This document shows, in pieces, positions 33,746 to 43,782 of a stretch of DNA of 64,000 bases. Positions within the stretch are counted from its first letter, which is position 1. Every line of letters begins with the position of its first letter. The translations under genes and the position numbers were made by a program. Source of the DNA: a virus (Duplodnaviria; Caudoviricetes). The notes below the pieces were generated by a model. The model saw only the letters and a list, made by a program, of their open reading frames with translations. It was not told the origin of the DNA and made no database searches. Where the stretch lies: positions 96,001-160,000 of the IMG/VR virus record IMGVR_UViG_3300028624_000004. One strand, given 5' to 3'.

Positions 33746-34478
33746 CATCCATGCATGTAACGATATGCTTGTTAAGGCTCTTGGAGTTTGTCATGATGAA
33801 GGTGTCAAGAACTACATCTTTTTAGGGGATATTCTGGATAGGGGACCAAAGCCCCTGGAAACTCTAAAAACTCTCTTAGACATAAAGTATATATCAACGT
33901 TCCTTATGGGGAATCATGATCGTAAATATGTTTTCTGGTCCTACGGTCGGGGAGTTGGTCTTTCTCCCGAACAAGCCGCTACTATAGATTTATTCAACAA
34001 GGATGGTCCAGACACCTTCCGACATTTTTGTGACTTATTCTACCAAGAGTATGTTGCCCTCATTGACGAAGACAATAAGATAATGCTCTCACATGCCCCC
34101 GGAGCGAAGCCAGTTCGTTTTGTTGAGAAGTATCACAACAATGAGTTGGGTAAGGCAGACTACAGTCGCCTTTTATTTGGGTTGACCAACGGAGATACGG
34201 TGGATGGTTTACCCGTTCGCTTACAATTAAGTGAACGATGTGACGATGATTTAGGAGGCTGGCATCTATATCACGGGCACACACATGGTAACAGACTATT
34301 CACAGAGCCATCACCAAATATATTTTGTCTTGATTTCAAAGCAGGGCAACCAGATGGAAGATTAGCCTGTCGTATTTTTGACAATGATGTTAGAAACGGA
34401 AGGTTACTGGTAGTTAACCAGTCGCTTGAAGTGGCGTGGAATCCTGAAAGCGACATGCTTCCCTATAAGCCGACTTAG
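33696..34478 (+). CDS. Calcineurin-like metallophosphoesterase (Ser/Thr phosphatase/PrpE-like)
   Basis: SDIHA, LGDILDRGP, MGNHD, SHA, HGHTH. Confidence 0.88.
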   Translation: MKVIATKISPKTAILSDIHACNDMLVKALGVCHDEGVKNYIFLGDILDRGPKPLETLKTLLDIKYISTFLMGNHDRKYVFWSYGRGVGLSPEQAATIDLFNKDGPDTFRHFCDLFYQEYVALIDEDNKIMLSHAPGAKPVRFVEKYHNNELGKADYSRLLFGLTNGDTVDGLPVRLQLSERCDDDLGGWHLYHGHTHGNRLFTEPSPNIFCLDFKAGQPDGRLACRIFDNDVRNGRLLVVNQSLEVAWNPESDMLPYKPT

Positions 34479-34740
34479 CTTTCACATGGCTCGGATGATC
34501 AATAGTCCTGATCCAATGTAAGTAGCTACTGAATTGTGGATGGGTTTCTAACTCATCCACATTTTTGTATTTTATGACATCGTTTAATGGAATGATATAA
34601 TGCAAAGCTTCGTGACATGTTTTGCATAATATAATTGTTTCGTTAAGTGTCCCACCTTGGCTTCTCGGCAGCCAATGATGCAGAGTCATATCAGTATTGC
34701 GAACATGGCGAAGGCAGCACGGGCACTGACTTAACTCCAT
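34414..34740 (-). CDS. Small HNH endonuclease
   Basis: CPCC...TLHHWLPRSQGG...LCKTCHEALH. Confidence 0.8.
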   Translation of the reverse strand: MELSQCPCCLRHVRNTDMTLHHWLPRSQGGTLNETIILCKTCHEALHYIIPLNDVIKYKNVDELETHPQFSSYLHWIRTIDHPSHVKAKSAYREACRFQDSTPLQATG

Positions 34741-34778
34741 ATGGCTCCGAATGTTGTCATCACTAAGTATTTATCAAC

Positions 34779-34808
34779 AAAAAACCCAGGAACTATGCCT
34801 GGGTTTTT
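34779..34808. terminator. Intrinsic (bidirectional) terminator
   Basis: AAAAACCCAGG-aactatg-CCTGGGTTTTT, downstream of the minus-strand acidic-protein operon. Confidence 0.8.
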
Positions 34809-34834
34809 GTCTCCTTATATTTTGTTTTGTGTTA

Positions 34835-35239
34835 TTACGAACCAAGTCCCCAAGGTCTTCTTTCGCGCTTATTTGCTGCTTCAAACCATTGCTTCATATA
34901 TTCTTTTGCTATCTCTGCATCCTTAGCTAAATCACCCGTTAGTTCGGGGTAGTCGGGTGCATTTATTGTTTCGCCATACATTGAAGCTGTCAATTCAGCA
35001 TCTTTCTTTTGTTGTGCTAATTCGGGAAGATTTTTATTTAAGAAATCATTGAATTTATTATATCTATCAAACCACTTATTCATTCTTTCTTTTTGTGCTG
35101 CTTTTTGCTTTTGCTTTTCTTCTTGTCTCTTCCAGTAATCTTCTGCTGCTTTTGCCTTTTCTTCTGGGGACATTGCCTCTTCGAGAGGATTTATCTCCAA
35201 ACCTTTTCCTGAGAAAAACTGCTCCCTAAGAGATTTCAT
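34835..35239 (-). CDS. Hypothetical protein, probably head-associated
   Basis: Third gene of late operon; MKSLREQF N-terminus. Confidence 0.6.
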   Translation of the reverse strand: MKSLREQFFSGKGLEINPLEEAMSPEEKAKAAEDYWKRQEEKQKQKAAQKERMNKWFDRYNKFNDFLNKNLPELAQQKKDAELTASMYGETINAPDYPELTGDLAKDAEIAKEYMKQWFEAANKRERRPWGLGS

Positions 35240-35242
35240 TGT

Positions 35243-36697
35243 TTATTCCTTGCTTTCTTCCTTTTCTTCTTCCTTTTCTTCTTCCTTTTCTTCAGAATCT
35301 TCAACTTCTTCAGCGCCCTCTACTTCTTCAGCATCTTCACCCGATTCAAGTTCATCAGATTCTTCTCCTTCTCCTTCTCCTTCTCCTTCAGCATCTTCCA
35401 AACCGTCAACAACATCGTCTGCCACATCTACTACAGCATCTACAGCATCTACAGCGCCATCGACGGGAGAAACTGGTGCTGCTGGTGCTGCTGGTGGTGC
35501 TGCTGGTGCGCTTCCGCCCTTGATAATGGCTTCAAGCTCAGCGATACGAGCCTGCAAGTCGCTTATCTGTTGCACCATACCACCCTCTGCTGCGGGTGGT
35601 TCTACTTCTGTGACTTCTGGACCTCCTGCATCAACAGAAGTTACTTCTGCACCATCCAATCCAACTTCTTCTCCTGCTGGGTCAACGGTTATTCCCGTCT
35701 CAACTGGACCACTTCCTACGGCATCTTGCCCAGCCTCGGCATCCAATTCCTTACCTATTTCACTTGCTTCGTCATCCCCAATTTCCAAACCATCCTCTTT
35801 CAAACCGGCGTTACCCTTATTCAATGGGTTGTCGAGTGGCAATCCTTCTGGTTCCTGCCCGCCGTCTGGTTTGATTTCTGGGTTTTTCTTTCCCATCTCG
35901 TCGGGGGTTACTATAACTTCGTGGTCCGAATCAATGATATCATCTTCTAACATTCCAGTATTGCCCTTGTTCAACTTATCGTCAAGTGGCAATCCAAACC
36001 CGCCCTTATTAACAGGCTTCTTCATTTCATCTGGATTTACGATAACTTCGTTATCAGAGTCGATAATGTCATCTTCTTTAAGATTTTTACTGTCGAACAT
36101 ATCTTCGCGATCATCATCTAAATGTCTATTCTTCTGACTGTCCCCATGATCGAACATATCTTCTGGTCTGTCATCTTCCGTATCTTCTTCCTTTTCGGGA
36201 GCACTTTCGTTGACTTTCTTACCGCGACGTAAGAAAGATGCCATTACTGGCGACAAAGGTCCGGTTGGACCTGCGGGAATTGGCATTCCTGGGGTTGTTT
36301 GTGTTCCAACTGCGGGTACTTCTGTTCCAGGTGTCTCTGGGTTGGTTGGGCACCCGGGCTGCTGGCAGCCAGCAGCACCAGTCAAGTCAATGAGCTTCTC
36401 TGGTCCCATTGGTCCTGCTGCACTAAGCTCTTCTGCCTTGGCTACAACATTATCAATGGATGCTGCGTCTGCGCTGGTTGCCCAGTTAAGCAAGTCACGT
36501 AACAGAGTGGAATTGACCGTAACGGTCTTATCTGGAACCGATGCAGCTACTTGAGCAGCATCGACGGCTGGGTTCTCTGGATAGAGGGGATCTACCGCCC
36601 CGTCTTCTATTAACTTGCCCATCTTATCATACCCTTCAACGATCTTCGTGCGGATACTCTGACGAACGTTGTCGAGAGATGGAATCTTGATGTTCAT
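35243..36697 (-). CDS. Highly acidic low-complexity protein with internal repeat (prohead core/internal protein-like)
   Basis: E/D-rich; duplicated EDDIIDSD.EVIV.PDEM...GLPLD..LNKGN.G unit bounded by LKE/MLE; AGGAG RBS. Confidence 0.6.
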   Translation of the reverse strand: MNIKIPSLDNVRQSIRTKIVEGYDKMGKLIEDGAVDPLYPENPAVDAAQVAASVPDKTVTVNSTLLRDLLNWATSADAASIDNVVAKAEELSAAGPMGPEKLIDLTGAAGCQQPGCPTNPETPGTEVPAVGTQTTPGMPIPAGPTGPLSPVMASFLRRGKKVNESAPEKEEDTEDDRPEDMFDHGDSQKNRHLDDDREDMFDSKNLKEDDIIDSDNEVIVNPDEMKKPVNKGGFGLPLDDKLNKGNTGMLEDDIIDSDHEVIVTPDEMGKKNPEIKPDGGQEPEGLPLDNPLNKGNAGLKEDGLEIGDDEASEIGKELDAEAGQDAVGSGPVETGITVDPAGEEVGLDGAEVTSVDAGGPEVTEVEPPAAEGGMVQQISDLQARIAELEAIIKGGSAPAAPPAAPAAPVSPVDGAVDAVDAVVDVADDVVDGLEDAEGEGEGEGEESDELESGEDAEEVEGAEEVEDSEEKEEEKEEEKEESKE

Positions 36698-36847
36698 AGT
36701 TATTCTCCTGATATTCTTTTATTTATCTGTGTAGCTATGTTCGCCTTAGCTCCGGGTGTCAGCTTCTTAGCTGTTTTGAACTTCCAAGCCCCTTCTATGC
36801 GCCTTGCTGTCCATGGCATATCCAAGTATGTTCCCTTTGCGAATCCG

Positions 36848-38329
36848 TTAGATGCTTGCTGGATCTGCACTTTTATGCTCCCCCGTTTCGGGGGATTCCT
36901 CCTGCTCAGCGTCTCCGCCTACCATGTCATCTACGGGTTCTTCTTCGGTTCCACCAGCAAGGAACGCTTCCCACTGTTCTGGTGATAGGGCTATGGAGTC
37001 AGAGGATATTTCGGCTGCCACTTCTTCCTCGGCTCCTGCCTCCAAGCCCCCTAAGCCCACATCACCCATTTCTCCACCTTCGGCTCCTGCTTCACCACCA
37101 ACTTCCATTTCTGGAACATCGGCAGTTACTTCATCTCCTTCTTCACCCATGACTATAGACTCTCCTATTCCATTGAGTCTCTCCTTAACACCCTGAACTA
37201 TCATGTCAATCTTGTCAATGTCAGATGGGTAATGCTTAAGAACGAACTGTGAGATAACTTGTCCATTGACTTCCCCACCAAGTCCAGCAGCATAATCTGC
37301 TGCATCTTGAATAACGAGGTCTAACTCGGACGTTGCGCTCTCTTCCTGTGGGACAGGAAGCTCTTCTCCACCAACATCTCCCAATCCTTCAGCGCCAGGA
37401 ACGCCAGTTTCTGAGGCTCCAAGGTCTTCTTCTCCACCGATATCTTCTATGTCGCTTTCGACAGGAATGGTTTCAGCTACTTCTTGTGCCTTTGCGACTG
37501 TCTCGGCATCGAAAGGAACTTCTCCTGCTTCGATGGTAACAGTGATCTTAGCACCTGGGAACTTAGCTTGGAGGTCAGCAATCAATCCAGCTTCCGGTGG
37601 TGCGTCCTGACCAACATTGTCAAGCCCTGGCTCCACGTCCATTTCAGGGACTTCAGCTTCAGGTGCTACTTCTGGAGTTACTTCTGGAGTTACTTCTGGA
37701 GTTACTTGGTCAAGATTTAAGCCTTCCGCTTCCATAAACTTGCGGAAATGATTAAAAAGTCTCTTTCCTTTAGATTCTTTTGTGGTTACTTTCTCTGGAA
37801 AGGTGCGCTGCTGTGGCTTTGTCTTGCACTTCTGTCCTGGCTTGCAGCCAAGACGTTCAGGAAAGCGAGCAATACCAGTTGGTCCTGTTCCTTCGGCTGG
37901 GTCGCCAGCGCCGGGGGCACTTACAGTGGCTCCACCAGCAGATCCGGGCGCAGCGTCTTCAGTTGCCTTCTTAGCCTTTTCTTCTTGTCTTTTCTTTTTC
38001 TCAGCATCAACTACTTTTTGCTTAGCATGGGCATGTGTCCACCCCATCGTTGGCTTCTTTCCTTCGGTTGCCTTCTTGCCGAAGATGGTCTTACCCTCGG
38101 TCTTGTCTTCTTTCTTATCGTCTTCCTTTTCTTCTACCTTTGATGCTTCCTTTTGTTCTTCAGCGCCCTTCTTTTTGAACTGGTGTGCCTTTAGGGCATC
38201 TGGTAGCTTGCGCTTGCCCTCTTCCAGCTTCTCCTTCTTAGTAGCGGAGACATTGACTTCAGTGTCCTCCTTCGCCCAGGATTCTTGTAGTTGCTTCCAC
38301 TGATTACGATAGTCGCGCATGTCTGCCAT
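36848..38329 (-). CDS. Acidic low-complexity late protein (prohead core/internal protein-like)
   Basis: TATAAATA at 38364-38371; KQLQESW N-terminus; TPEV repeats. Confidence 0.6.
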   Translation of the reverse strand: MADMRDYRNQWKQLQESWAKEDTEVNVSATKKEKLEEGKRKLPDALKAHQFKKKGAEEQKEASKVEEKEDDKKEDKTEGKTIFGKKATEGKKPTMGWTHAHAKQKVVDAEKKKRQEEKAKKATEDAAPGSAGGATVSAPGAGDPAEGTGPTGIARFPERLGCKPGQKCKTKPQQRTFPEKVTTKESKGKRLFNHFRKFMEAEGLNLDQVTPEVTPEVTPEVAPEAEVPEMDVEPGLDNVGQDAPPEAGLIADLQAKFPGAKITVTIEAGEVPFDAETVAKAQEVAETIPVESDIEDIGGEEDLGASETGVPGAEGLGDVGGEELPVPQEESATSELDLVIQDAADYAAGLGGEVNGQVISQFVLKHYPSDIDKIDMIVQGVKERLNGIGESIVMGEEGDEVTADVPEMEVGGEAGAEGGEMGDVGLGGLEAGAEEEVAAEISSDSIALSPEQWEAFLAGGTEEEPVDDMVGGDAEQEESPETGEHKSADPASI

Positions 38330-38383
38330 AAGTGTCTCCTAAAGGGGTATAATACTTCAATAGTATTTATACGACTTTCATTA

Positions 38384-38530
38384 TATCAAGTAGCCAAAAT
38401 TATGTGAACTACCCACCCGCTAAAGCGAGTGGGCTTCAGGTTTCATAGACACTTCTATTGAAGTCGCCTCCACCTGTTTTTGTTTAGAGTCCGATTTAAT
38501 TCCTAAACCAGACTTTTGATTTAAACCTTG
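38384..38530 (-). ncRNA. Predicted TnpB omega/reRNA scaffold plus flanking guide (ATAATTTTGGCTACTTGATA)
   Basis: Established TnpB architecture; 3' hairpin and TCAC end seen; 5' boundary approximate. Confidence 0.55.
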
Positions 38531-39694
38531 TTGTAATATATTAAGACTTGCATTTAAGTCTCTATCTATTACTTTTCCACATTGACAAGTCCATTCACGG
38601 TCTTTTATATTTAATCCTTCATTAATCCAACCACAATGACTACAAGTTTTAGAACTTGGGAAGAAGCGGTCTATTACGACCAATTCTCTTCCATACCATT
38701 CTGCCTTATAGTTTAGCTGTCGAACGAATTCACCCCAACCACAATTGCCGATTGATTTAGCAAGATTGTGATTTGACATCATACCTTTAACATTCAAATC
38801 TTCAATACATATCACTTGGTTTTCGTGAATTAACTTATGTGAAAGTTTATGTAAGAAGTCTTGACGGTTATTATGTATTTTTTCGTGAACTAATGCTACT
38901 TGTTTTCTGTATTTTATTCTACTATTACTCTCCTTTTTCTTTTTACTTAATTGTCTTTGTGTGAACTTGAGTTTCTTTTCTAACTTATGATAATGTTTGG
39001 GATTATCAAACTTATCCCCATTACTACAAACTGCGAAATCTTTAATACCCAAATCTACTCCTATTGACTCATCATTCTTTGGAAGTTTTTGTATTTCTCC
39101 AACTTCACAAGTAATTGAAACAAAATACTTCCCCAATGGAGTTTTAGAAATCGTAATGAAGTTAATATCTCCTATTTCACGATGAGCATTTAACTCTATA
39201 CCTTCATTAAACTTTGGAAAGTAAATCTTATTATCTTCAATTGAAATATGCTGTGGAACTCTAAAAGATTGTTTATCCCATTTACTTTTAAACTTTGGAA
39301 ACTTACTTTGTTTACGGAAGAAACGATTATATGCTCCATCTAAATCTCTTAAAGTATGTTGAAGTGTCTGTGAGTTTATTTCTTTTAACCAAGTAGTTTC
39401 TTCTACTTTCTTTAATTCAACCAATTCAGTTGCACAATCATAGTAATTTAGTGTCTTTTCATTCTTTAAGTATTCGTCTTTTCTTCTGTTTAGGAAGTGA
39501 TTCCAAACAAATCTCTTACAACCAAAATGCTTGGCAAGTAGCACTTCTTGGTCTTTCGTAGGTAGAAGTTGGAATTTAAACGATTTGAGCATATTACTAT
39601 TATACCACCTTCTAAAGATATTTATACGAGATTTTTAGTTTTTGTAAAAGTTTCTTTCAAGTAACCACCACTCATTATAAATGGTGGGAATATG
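38404..39694 (-). mobile_element. Non-autonomous IS200/IS605-family (tnpB-only) element
   Basis: Right end ...GAAGCCCACTCGCTTTAGCGGGTGGGTAGTTCAC; left-end hairpin CCACCA/TGGTGG 39665-39687; no tnpA; left boundary approximate. Confidence 0.75.
38420..39592 (-). CDS. tnpB: TnpB RNA-guided nuclease
   Basis: HTH FG..RFVWN, RuvC GVDLGIK / IEDL / DRDLNASLNI, Zn finger SSKTCSHCG. Confidence 0.95.
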   Translation of the reverse strand: MLKSFKFQLLPTKDQEVLLAKHFGCKRFVWNHFLNRRKDEYLKNEKTLNYYDCATELVELKKVEETTWLKEINSQTLQHTLRDLDGAYNRFFRKQSKFPKFKSKWDKQSFRVPQHISIEDNKIYFPKFNEGIELNAHREIGDINFITISKTPLGKYFVSITCEVGEIQKLPKNDESIGVDLGIKDFAVCSNGDKFDNPKHYHKLEKKLKFTQRQLSKKKKESNSRIKYRKQVALVHEKIHNNRQDFLHKLSHKLIHENQVICIEDLNVKGMMSNHNLAKSIGNCGWGEFVRQLNYKAEWYGRELVVIDRFFPSSKTCSHCGWINEGLNIKDREWTCQCGKVIDRDLNASLNILQQGLNQKSGLGIKSDSKQKQVEATSIEVSMKPEAHSL

Positions 39695-39877
39695 ATAAAA
39701 GTTATGTAATGCTTTTATCTACATGGTATAATACAAACATGACAAAGAAAGAATTAGATTGTTATGATGCCACAACGCCCGAATGCGTGGAAGACGTTTG
39801 GAATTCAGACTTAATATATAACTCAAAGATTGTAGGGACTATTTTTGGTCAATCTGAACGTGAAATAAAAAAATATA

Positions 39878-41407
39878 TTAAGCGTTGGGTCCAGCAAACT
39901 CGGACTGACAGTAAGCCTTAAACTTTTCTTTATTTTCTGGTGTTAGCTTCTTATACCAAGTGTCAATATCTTTCATTGGTATTTTCTTATCTTGCTGAAT
40001 AGCCACTAAGACAGCATCTCTTAATGACTTATCAGCATCTCTTATCTCTTCTATAAACATGCGAGCGAATGCGGGGAATTCTCTTGGAGAGTTGATATAT
40101 GCGGCATACGAAGATAGATCTTGCTTATGCTGTAATCTATTGGGATCATTCACATGTGTCAACTCATGCCATATACCGCGTGTAACAAATGCCTTTATTT
40201 TGTCAAGTTTCTTCAAGTTGCTAACAAGTGAATCAGCAGAGATATAGATTGCATCTTCTTTCTCGTTGAAGTAAAGAGCAGATTCAATATCTGGTGACGT
40301 ACTTAAGAGTTTCTTTTGGATATTTACAGATATGGAACGACCGTCCATTTCTATAGAATCTTCCACATAAGTATTATAGCCTTGTGTATATGTTTCTTGA
40401 ATCTTCTGAAGTAATTCATCAATGTTTTTCGACAGCCATTGACGAATAGAATTCGTAGGAAGGCTGACGAGAGTTTCGTTCATAGTATCATCTTCTATAA
40501 GATATTCGGTCGATACTACAAATCGTATATTTTCCGAACCCATCATATCTCTAGTAAACTCATCAACTGCTTCAAGCATGTTTTCTTCTTCGTTATAAAC
40601 ATACTTAAAATTGAAATATTTTCCAAGTTTGACCCACACATCAAACGAACCCTTTCCAGTTTCGCCAGTTAGTGATGTATCGGAATATAAAGTCTTCATG
40701 AATTCTTCTATAGCATAAATGTAAAGCTTGATAGCTATGCCTTTACCCTGTGCCTCTGGGGCAAGAGCGACTGATTCTGTTTTCCATTGACCATCTTCGG
40801 TATACCAGATAAATTCACCGACATGCGTTCCTTCGGCGTTATATAGATGTATTTGAAGATTATCTCTTCTTGACCACGTTTCCGCTTTGTATCCACTTAT
40901 GTTAAACTCATCTACCAAAGTCATACCCCTACGGTTTAACATAGATAATACTTCTCTTTTATTTTGTTTAACAACGTAGTTGGAAATGTCTTTATTTCCG
41001 TCATTCCATGCTGGCATTTCGACCAAGCGACTTTCCCGTATCTCTTGATTACGTATCAACTCGTTTATCATCTTGCCGTATGCGTTTATAGCCTGTACCT
41101 TGACATTGATCAGCTTCATACCACGCTGCTTGGCTGCGGCAAGTCGATGATGTCCGTTCTGACAGATTATCTCTCCATCACGATATATCGACACATCTAT
41201 AGGCTCACTGAAGTCCATGGATGCTGCTACATCATCAGGGACAGAACCGACTTCACTGGAATTGAGTCGCTTGATAATCTGTGGGTTCATGAACTTGATT
41301 TCTGGAATAACTTGATGATACTTCACATTGTCTTCATAAACCATCTGAGCATCGGCTTCCAGTTGACTCCAAGTTTCTTTCAGTATCTTTAAGCGATTAT
41401 CCCTCAT
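39878..41407 (-). CDS. Polyvalent protein: ParB/Srx-like domain + GNAT acetyltransferase + HExxH metallopeptidase-like domain
   Basis: PIDV...NGHHRLAAA; VALAPEAQGKGIA..LY; IWHELTH...YINSPRE. Confidence 0.75.
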   Translation of the reverse strand: MRDNRLKILKETWSQLEADAQMVYEDNVKYHQVIPEIKFMNPQIIKRLNSSEVGSVPDDVAASMDFSEPIDVSIYRDGEIICQNGHHRLAAAKQRGMKLINVKVQAINAYGKMINELIRNQEIRESRLVEMPAWNDGNKDISNYVVKQNKREVLSMLNRRGMTLVDEFNISGYKAETWSRRDNLQIHLYNAEGTHVGEFIWYTEDGQWKTESVALAPEAQGKGIAIKLYIYAIEEFMKTLYSDTSLTGETGKGSFDVWVKLGKYFNFKYVYNEEENMLEAVDEFTRDMMGSENIRFVVSTEYLIEDDTMNETLVSLPTNSIRQWLSKNIDELLQKIQETYTQGYNTYVEDSIEMDGRSISVNIQKKLLSTSPDIESALYFNEKEDAIYISADSLVSNLKKLDKIKAFVTRGIWHELTHVNDPNRLQHKQDLSSYAAYINSPREFPAFARMFIEEIRDADKSLRDAVLVAIQQDKKIPMKDIDTWYKKLTPENKEKFKAYCQSEFAGPNA

Positions 41408-41409
41408 AT

Positions 41410-41889
41410 TTAAACCCCTGCCGTCTTTAATACTTTATACATTGATTTCCATTCGGTATTCCAGTTTGTATTATTTCTAATAATAGATAAAAACACTTCT
41501 CTACCGCCAAGATATTTGTAATTTATAATATTTGCATGCTTTCCGTATTGATCAAGTGCTAGTTTTTGTAGATATTTAACGTTAATTTCTCCCATTTCAT
41601 CAAAATATCTATTACCATGTGATATTGCAACATGATATATATCAGGCTCCCCATCCAGTAATTCATCATCGGTAATCACATCAGTAACGAATGCAATTTT
41701 TAAATTTTTGTCTTTAAGATATTCTAAAATAGCGATGGCAGCCATTCCGCAATTTCCCCCACCAAGAGAGCAACCATGTGATTTTAGAATTTCGTAACAT
41801 TTTATGATTCTTGAGAATATATCATTCTCTTTGTTTTTTTCAACTATTTTATTCCATGATTCCTTGAGATTCTTAAGCAGGTTGTCCAT
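41410..41889 (-). CDS. Hypothetical protein with Cys-His-Asp (papain/transglutaminase-like) pattern
   Basis: GGNCGMAA, YHVAI, YFDEMG; KNLKESW N-terminus. Confidence 0.5.
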   Translation of the reverse strand: MDNLLKNLKESWNKIVEKNKENDIFSRIIKCYEILKSHGCSLGGGNCGMAAIAILEYLKDKNLKIAFVTDVITDDELLDGEPDIYHVAISHGNRYFDEMGEINVKYLQKLALDQYGKHANIINYKYLGGREVFLSIIRNNTNWNTEWKSMYKVLKTAGV

Positions 41890-42767
41890 TAGTCACCACC
41901 CACTTCATCACTTATCTCTTCTCTGCTTCCATTGACAATGACATACTTCAGCATGCGTTGTCCCTGTAGAGGAATTGCGAGGCACTTCAGCGTTAGCTGC
42001 CGATCAAGTCCCTCGTTGTTATTTCCCATGTAATAGGTAATCCAATCCTCAAGAATAGGCAGATAGAGGATGACCCGTTCCTTGACCAGCGACTTCCTAA
42101 GAACCTTACCTTTCTTCAAGCGGTTCTTGTCGATGGTGGCAAGATGGTAGCCAACAGGCTCTCCATCTTTTTCTTCAGGCTGATTCCAATACAGATATGG
42201 CTGCCCGTCAAGATAGGTCTGCGACTGCTTCTTCAGGTTCTCAAACAGGTTTGATTCCATGCTGGCGTCTTTGATAATCTCATTCAAGTCTCTCTTGAAT
42301 CCCTCCATGATATACAAACCAATGGCTTCAAGAAACTTGATGTCTCCTTCGTTGAGGGCTACAATGTTCTTGAAAGAGGATGACTCATGAAGAATAGACT
42401 GGGTGAAGAGTCTCTGGATTCTACTTCTATTTTCGTTGGTTGTCATGTTGGGTTCGGCAGGCGGCTTGCCTTCCCATTCCGCTGGCTGGTTGAATAGCTT
42501 GTGATCCACTTCTTTTCCGTTCATCCACACCGTGAACCATATACGACTTTTGGGAAACTTACCAAATACCCATTCTGCTCGCTTTAGCGCACCTTCAAGC
42601 GACTTGGCAGAACCATAAGCGTCTTGAAACTTTTTGACAGATCCGTCTTTATCTATAACTTCCCAGTTCACAGTGTAAGTAACTGGATAGACTCTTCCGG
42701 GGCTTGTGTCAAGACCAAGTTTTGACTTATACTTTAGCTGTTCTTGGTCGAAAGTTTCTTTGGGCAT
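41889..42767 (-). CDS. Late hypothetical protein
   Basis: TATAAATA (42773-42780) 5 nt before ATG. Confidence 0.6.
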   Translation of the reverse strand: MPKETFDQEQLKYKSKLGLDTSPGRVYPVTYTVNWEVIDKDGSVKKFQDAYGSAKSLEGALKRAEWVFGKFPKSRIWFTVWMNGKEVDHKLFNQPAEWEGKPPAEPNMTTNENRSRIQRLFTQSILHESSSFKNIVALNEGDIKFLEAIGLYIMEGFKRDLNEIIKDASMESNLFENLKKQSQTYLDGQPYLYWNQPEEKDGEPVGYHLATIDKNRLKKGKVLRKSLVKERVILYLPILEDWITYYMGNNNEGLDRQLTLKCLAIPLQGQRMLKYVIVNGSREEISDEVGGD

Positions 42768-42937
42768 GCCTTTATTTATATCTTCTTGATCTGATCCTCT
42801 ACCCTGTCAATGGTCTTTTTAGCAGTCGCAATAAGAAACTTTCTTATAGTCCAGAGCATATATAGATTTACAGCAAGTGTCGTAAGGTTGGCTAAAGCGA
42901 TTATTATGGTTAGCATAACAGAAACTCCTTCTGTTAT

Positions 42938-43396
42938 TTATTCCTTGATGTATATCGTAATAGGAATCTTGGTAGCTTCTTCGAACTTCTGTAAAGCCGA
43001 CGAATACCATTCCCAATTCCCTCCGCCTAACCCACAACCAATTTTCGCAGGGAACGCAAGTGACTTAGGATTCAACTTCTTTATCTCCCGTAGGCACGAA
43101 ATAAAATACTTTTTACGATGCTCAGCGGAGTCCCCAACGGGGTCATCGTCACGGGGCTTCCCCGGATTATATTGGGCGAACATGTTGATGATGTTCGGCT
43201 CACATGGTTCTCCACCACGGGCTACATTGATGGTTCCTGGCTTATCTGGTTCCCAGCGAGTTGAGTAACAGTCTGCGTATGTGTAGTTAGCAAACAGAAC
43301 AGCAGCTAATCCAGCAGCACCATGTGATACACAATTGCATTGATGACATATATACTCTTCACGAGCCTTCAAGATGTCAAGATGCTTGGTTTCCAT
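42938..43396 (-). CDS. Macrodomain ADP-ribosylhydrolase (TARG1/DarG-like)
   Basis: DIL, ICHQCNC...AAGLA, LAFP.KIGCGLGGGNW. Confidence 0.85.
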   Translation of the reverse strand: METKHLDILKAREEYICHQCNCVSHGAAGLAAVLFANYTYADCYSTRWEPDKPGTINVARGGEPCEPNIINMFAQYNPGKPRDDDPVGDSAEHRKKYFISCLREIKKLNPKSLAFPAKIGCGLGGGNWEWYSSALQKFEEATKIPITIYIKE

Positions 43397-43782
43397 GTTC
43401 CATCTTTCTTTGACAGCTATTGTGTCTATCCAGCATATCCCATAAAACTTCTGGGGGCAAGAGAATTCAAGTATTCTTCAAAACCATCACGAGACTTCAT
43501 ACGGCACTTGACAAGCTGACAATCAATGGGATTGCCATGACACTCGGGACATTCACTATGCAATGCCATGAGGCTGTTTATAAGATCTTCTCGTGTGATT
43601 CCTTCCATCAATCTCTCCTTAGCCATGGAGGAACCACACGACATCTTTCCTTGAATTTCCTCATAAAATCCTCACGCAATACATTCGTAAGATGCACATG
43701 CTCTGGATCAGACAAGGTAGTCTTGAAGTCGTGAAAGAAATCTTCAAACTCGCTCCACCTAAAGGTAGCAGATCCATATTTT

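Noticed and set aside
35250-38303. Ser-rich plus-strand ORFs (e.g. 35250..36137, 37782..38303)
   Set aside because: Antisense shadows of the Glu-rich minus-strand genes.
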